Part shown: positions 15,483 to 18,316 of the stretch, piece by piece
Position numbering within the stretch: the first letter of the stretch is position 1
Layout of the letters: each line of letters starts with the position of its first letter
The notes under the pieces: generated by a model
Told to the model about the DNA's origin: nothing
What the model saw: the letters and a program-made list of their open reading frames with translations, nothing else
Database searches by the model: none
Assembly (NCBI GenBank): GCA_045047305.1
Contig: JASFYO010000091.1
Span: forward strand, 1 to 18,316
DNA length: 18,316 bases
Reading direction: 5' to 3'
Source: Planctomycetota bacterium
GTDB taxonomy: Bacteria; Planctomycetota; UBA1135
Translations under genes and position numbers: made by a program

Positions 15483-17744
15483 ATGAATCCAGAAAAACCT
15501 GAACCAACCCAGGACCCAGAAAAGGCACCAAAGCGCAAAAACAGCGGCCTTTTCATCATCCTGCTCACTGGCGGACTCATCCTACTTGCCGTATTTGGCG
15601 GTGGGCACTCAACGAACCCTATGACTATGGACCAGTTGTGGGTGGAACTTTATTCCGGAACCGTGGAAAGCGTGTCCATTGCGGACACCTCCAAAGCTTT
15701 CCATGTTGAACTCCAGGGGGCCACCACCAGCGAAGTCGTTGCCGTTCCCGATGCGCGCATGATCTGGGGGGAGGTGCGTCAAGTGCTCGCCAAGGGGTTG
15801 ACCAAAGCGCCCACGATTGGGATTGATGAGCTCACCACGCGCATTGCGGATGGCACCATTACCCCGCTCAAGGGTTATCCCCTACTCATTCGGACTAAGT
15901 TAGACCCTGAAAATGAAGACAGCGACACCGTGGAACGTCAGCGCTTCTTCCTTGATTACGCCGATGCCACTGGCATCCACTACGCAGAAATCGAGGGCAA
16001 AGCCGGCGACGACAGTAGCTTCAATGTTGCTGCAGTGGTAGCTGCCTTCGCTGCGAATCAGACTCATCCAGAAAACAAGGTTCCTCTGGCTGAAGGGCTT
16101 ACCTTCGACACCACGAAGGGGCTTGCTACTGAGAAGACCAGCGGCCTCACCACCATGTTGTTGAGCTTCGGCCCCATCTTGTTGTTCTTGGTGCTGTTTT
16201 GGTTCCTGTTTATGCGCCAAATGAAAGGCCAAGGCCAAGGATTGCTAAGTTTTGGCAAGTCTCGCGCCACGGTGTACAACAAGGAAAACCACACCGGCAT
16301 TACCTTTGATGATGTCGCCGGAATCGAAGAAGCGCTCGCCGAGGTTTCCGAGATTACCGAATTCCTCAAGTTCCCAGAGAAGTTCACCCGGCTTGGTGGA
16401 CGCATCCCTCGCGGCGTCATGCTGGTGGGCCCTCCCGGAACCGGCAAAACTCTGCTCGCAAAAGCGATTGCAGGCGAGGCCGACGTCCCCTTCATCTCCA
16501 TCAGTGGCTCCGACTTCGTCGAGATGTTCGTTGGTGTTGGCGCAAGCCGTGTGCGCGACCTGTTTGAAGGCGCACGTAAAGAAGCTCCATGCATTATCTT
16601 CTTGGATGAAATCGATGCCGTTGGACGCAAACGCGGCTCCGGCATGGGTGGTGGCAACGACGAGCGCGAACAAACCCTAAACGCGATTCTGGTGGAAATG
16701 GACGGCTTTAGCTCCGATGACCGCGTCATCGTCATTGCCGCAACCAACCGCCCCGACGTCCTGGATAGCGCACTACTCCGCCCTGGACGTTTCGACCGCG
16801 AAATCACCATTGACCTGCCCGACGTCAAAGGCCGCGAGAAAATCCTCAGCGTGCATACGCGCAGTGTGAAGATTGACCCGAGTGTGGACCTCACCGTCAT
16901 TGCACGCGGAACTCCAGGATTCTCTGGTGCCGAGCTTGCAGCTCTGACCAATGAAGCTGCCATCCTCGCCGCTATGCGCGAACACCTTTGGGTCACCCAG
17001 GACGACCTCGAGGAAGCACGCGATAAGGTACGCTTTGGTCGTCAGAAAAAATCGGCGGTCATGGAAGAAGATGACAAACGCATCACCGCTTACCACGAGG
17101 CGGGCCATGCCGTGGTTAACGTGTTCATGGAGCACACCGACCCGGTGCACAAGATCACCATCATCCCGCGCGGCATGGCACTTGGCGCCACCATGTTCCT
17201 TCCGGAGAAGGATCGGATGCACTGGTCGCGCAACCGTATCTTGGATGAGATCTGCACCCTTTACGGTGGACGCGTGGCCGAGGAAATCTTCCTCGACGAC
17301 ATCACCACTGGCGCGTCCAATGACATTGAACGCGCCACTGACCTGGCGCGGCGCATGATTACCCACTGGGGCATGAGCGCCAAGCTTGGACCGGTGAACT
17401 TCGGTGAAAAGGCTGGTTCTGGGTTCCTCGGTGCTGAATACGGCACTAGCAAGGACCACTCACAACTGACGGCCAAGGTCATCGACGAAGAAGTCGGTGA
17501 AATCCTTACCGAGCAGCATCTGCGCGCACTCAACCTGCTGAAGGAAAACCGCGATCTGATGGAGCGCGTCACTCAAGCCTTAATTCGTTACGAGAACGTC
17601 AGCAAGGACGATTTCAAACTTTTGGTCGCTGGCACTGCAGCAGAAGACCTCCATCCGGCCGGAGAACCTGATGCCGGCGAGGAGCGCAAGACGCCTCCAC
17701 CAGTACCGGGTGAATCTTCCGCGAGCACGGACTCCAACGAGTGA
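15483..17744 (+). CDS. ftsH: ATP-dependent zinc metalloprotease FtsH
   Basis: Two TM helices; FGKSRA, TFDDVAG, Walker A GPPGTGKT, Walker [44 protein letters not shown] zinc motif, TGASNDI. Confidence 0.98.
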   Translation: MNPEKPEPTQDPEKAPKRKNSGLFIILLTGGLILLAVFGGGHSTNPMTMDQLWVELYSGTVESVSIADTSKAFHVELQGATTSEVVAVPDARMIWGEVRQVLAKGLTKAPTIGIDELTTRIADGTITPLKGYPLLIRTKLDPENEDSDTVERQRFFLDYADATGIHYAEIEGKAGDDSSFNVAAVVAAFAANQTHPENKVPLAEGLTFDTTKGLATEKTSGLTTMLLSFGPILLFLVLFWFLFMRQMKGQGQGLLSFGKSRATVYNKENHTGITFDDVAGIEEALAEVSEITEFLKFPEKFTRLGGRIPRGVMLVGPPGTGKTLLAKAIAGEADVPFISISGSDFVEMFVGVGASRVRDLFEGARKEAPCIIFLDEIDAVGRKRGSGMGGGNDEREQTLNAILVEMDGFSSDDRVIVIAATNRPDVLDSALLRPGRFDREITIDLPDVKGREKILSVHTRSVKIDPSVDLTVIARGTPGFSGAELAALTNEAAILAAMREHLWVTQDDLEEARDKVRFGRQKKSAVMEEDDKRITAYHEAGHAVVNVFMEHTDPVHKITIIPRGMALGATMFLPEKDRMHWSRNRILDEICTLYGGRVAEEIFLDDITTGASNDIERATDLARRMITHWGMSAKLGPVNFGEKAGSGFLGAEYGTSKDHSQLTAKVIDEEVGEILTEQHLRALNLLKENRDLMERVTQALIRYENVSKDDFKLLVAGTAAEDLHPAGEPDAGEERKTPPPVPGESSASTDSNE

Positions 17745-17770
17745 ACGTGGCTTAGGCCTGCCCTCGGTGA

Positions 17771-17776
17771 TAAACT
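17771..17776 (+). promoter_or_regulatory. Putative extended -10 (TG-a-TAAACT), leaderless start of folP
   Basis: TGaTAAACT, 7 nt, then ATG at 17784. Confidence 0.55.
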
Positions 17777-17783
17777 GCGCTTC

Positions 17784-18316
17784 ATGTTGAAGCCGTGGGA
17801 GCTTCCGTGGGCGGATATGCCACATCATTCCTTTCCTTTGGGTGAGGGCTGTTGGCGTGCGCCCGCGGCGAACGGTTCCGCTTGTGATGCAGTATTAAAG
17901 GGGTTTGGAATTGTTCCTTTATCTCCTCTGGCCGACGGCTCTGGTAGCTACAGCATCCACCACCTGCCAGCGTTTTTGCCCGACTTGCAACATGGGGACC
18001 TAAGTGACCCGGCTTACCGTGCGCACTGGATTGCTGCACGCTTATGGAGTGCGCGGGCTGCGATGGCACGTCGGCTACAAACGCCGAAATTCATGGGCAT
18101 TCTCAACCTCACGCCAGATTCCTTTGCGGAGGGCGGCACTTTTGGCGGCGGCACCATGGGTCCGCTTTATCACGCGCAGTGCTTGCTTGCCGAAAAGGCC
18201 GACATCCTCGATTTGGGTGCAGAAAGCACACGGCCGGGTGCCGATGCGGTTTCTGCAAATGAACAACTGCAACGCCTGATGCCAACCCTGGAGGCCTTAC
18301 TCCCCTTGGGCAAGCC
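17784..18316 (+). CDS. folP: Dihydropteroate synthase, runs off the window end (absent from the ORF track)
   Basis: Manual translation: MGILNLTPDSFAEGG (from 18093) and ADILDLGAESTRPGA..VS..EQ..RL.P. The frame is open back to ATG 17784 (alternative starts 17817, 18063). ftsH-folP is a common gene order. Confidence 0.93.
   Translation, partial: MLKPWELPWADMPHHSFPLGEGCWRAPAANGSACDAVLKGFGIVPLSPLADGSGSYSIHHLPAFLPDLQHGDLSDPAYRAHWIAARLWSARAAMARRLQTPKFMGILNLTPDSFAEGGTFGGGTMGPLYHAQCLLAEKADILDLGAESTRPGADAVSANEQLQRLMPTLEALLPLGK

Noticed and set aside
16064..17459. Long antisense ORFs (310 aa, 228 aa) opposite ftsH
   Set aside because: Typical shadow ORFs of a conserved, codon-biased GC-rich gene; no recognisable domains.
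17742..17786. folP is in frame with ftsH, separated by a single TGA (readthrough or selenocysteine fusion?)
   Set aside because: Same frame occurs one time in three by chance; no SECIS-like hairpin is evident after the TGA; FtsH ends in a normal low-complexity tail; folP has its own -10/ATG.
17782..18279. Short ORFs listed after ftsH (95, 91, 72, 65 aa)
   Set aside because: Alternative-frame or antisense shadows of the folP frame.
1..18316. CRISPR arrays, tRNA/rRNA, IS elements, prophage or defence genes
   Set aside because: No spaced direct repeats, RNA-gene signatures, transposase/integrase or nuclease motifs seen; almost all of the sequence is accounted for by CDSs.

Overview
Gene-dense bacterial chromosomal window of moderately high GC, mostly housekeeping and metabolic genes. 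The recO-bamD-lptE cluster and the style of the secreted proteins suggest a diderm, possibly Planctomycetota (inference). Order: intrinsic terminator; possible small minus-strand ORF; nhaA; stand-alone DsrE/YedF-like protein; a compact minus-strand run (beta-helix+PA14 secreted protein, hutI, DUF4185/DUF5005-like secreted protein, saccharopine/lysine dehydrogenase); a plus-strand operon (CNNM/CorC-family protein, recO, bamD-like, lptE); minus-strand CopD-like membrane protein and pstSCAB; ftsH; and a 3'-truncated folP that the ORF track misses. I saw no CRISPR array, RNA gene, transposase or integrase, and no clear novel multi-gene system. The strongest unexplained signal is a TANNNT (-10-like) hexamer 6-8 nt upstream of six start codons, which implies widespread leaderless transcription; in two cases the upstream gene's TAG stop forms part of the hexamer. 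Other oddities: a PstS with a non-canonical binding loop, an FtsH with an apparently duplicated periplasmic domain, a FolP with a ~100-aa N-terminal extension, and a RecO without zinc-finger cysteines.
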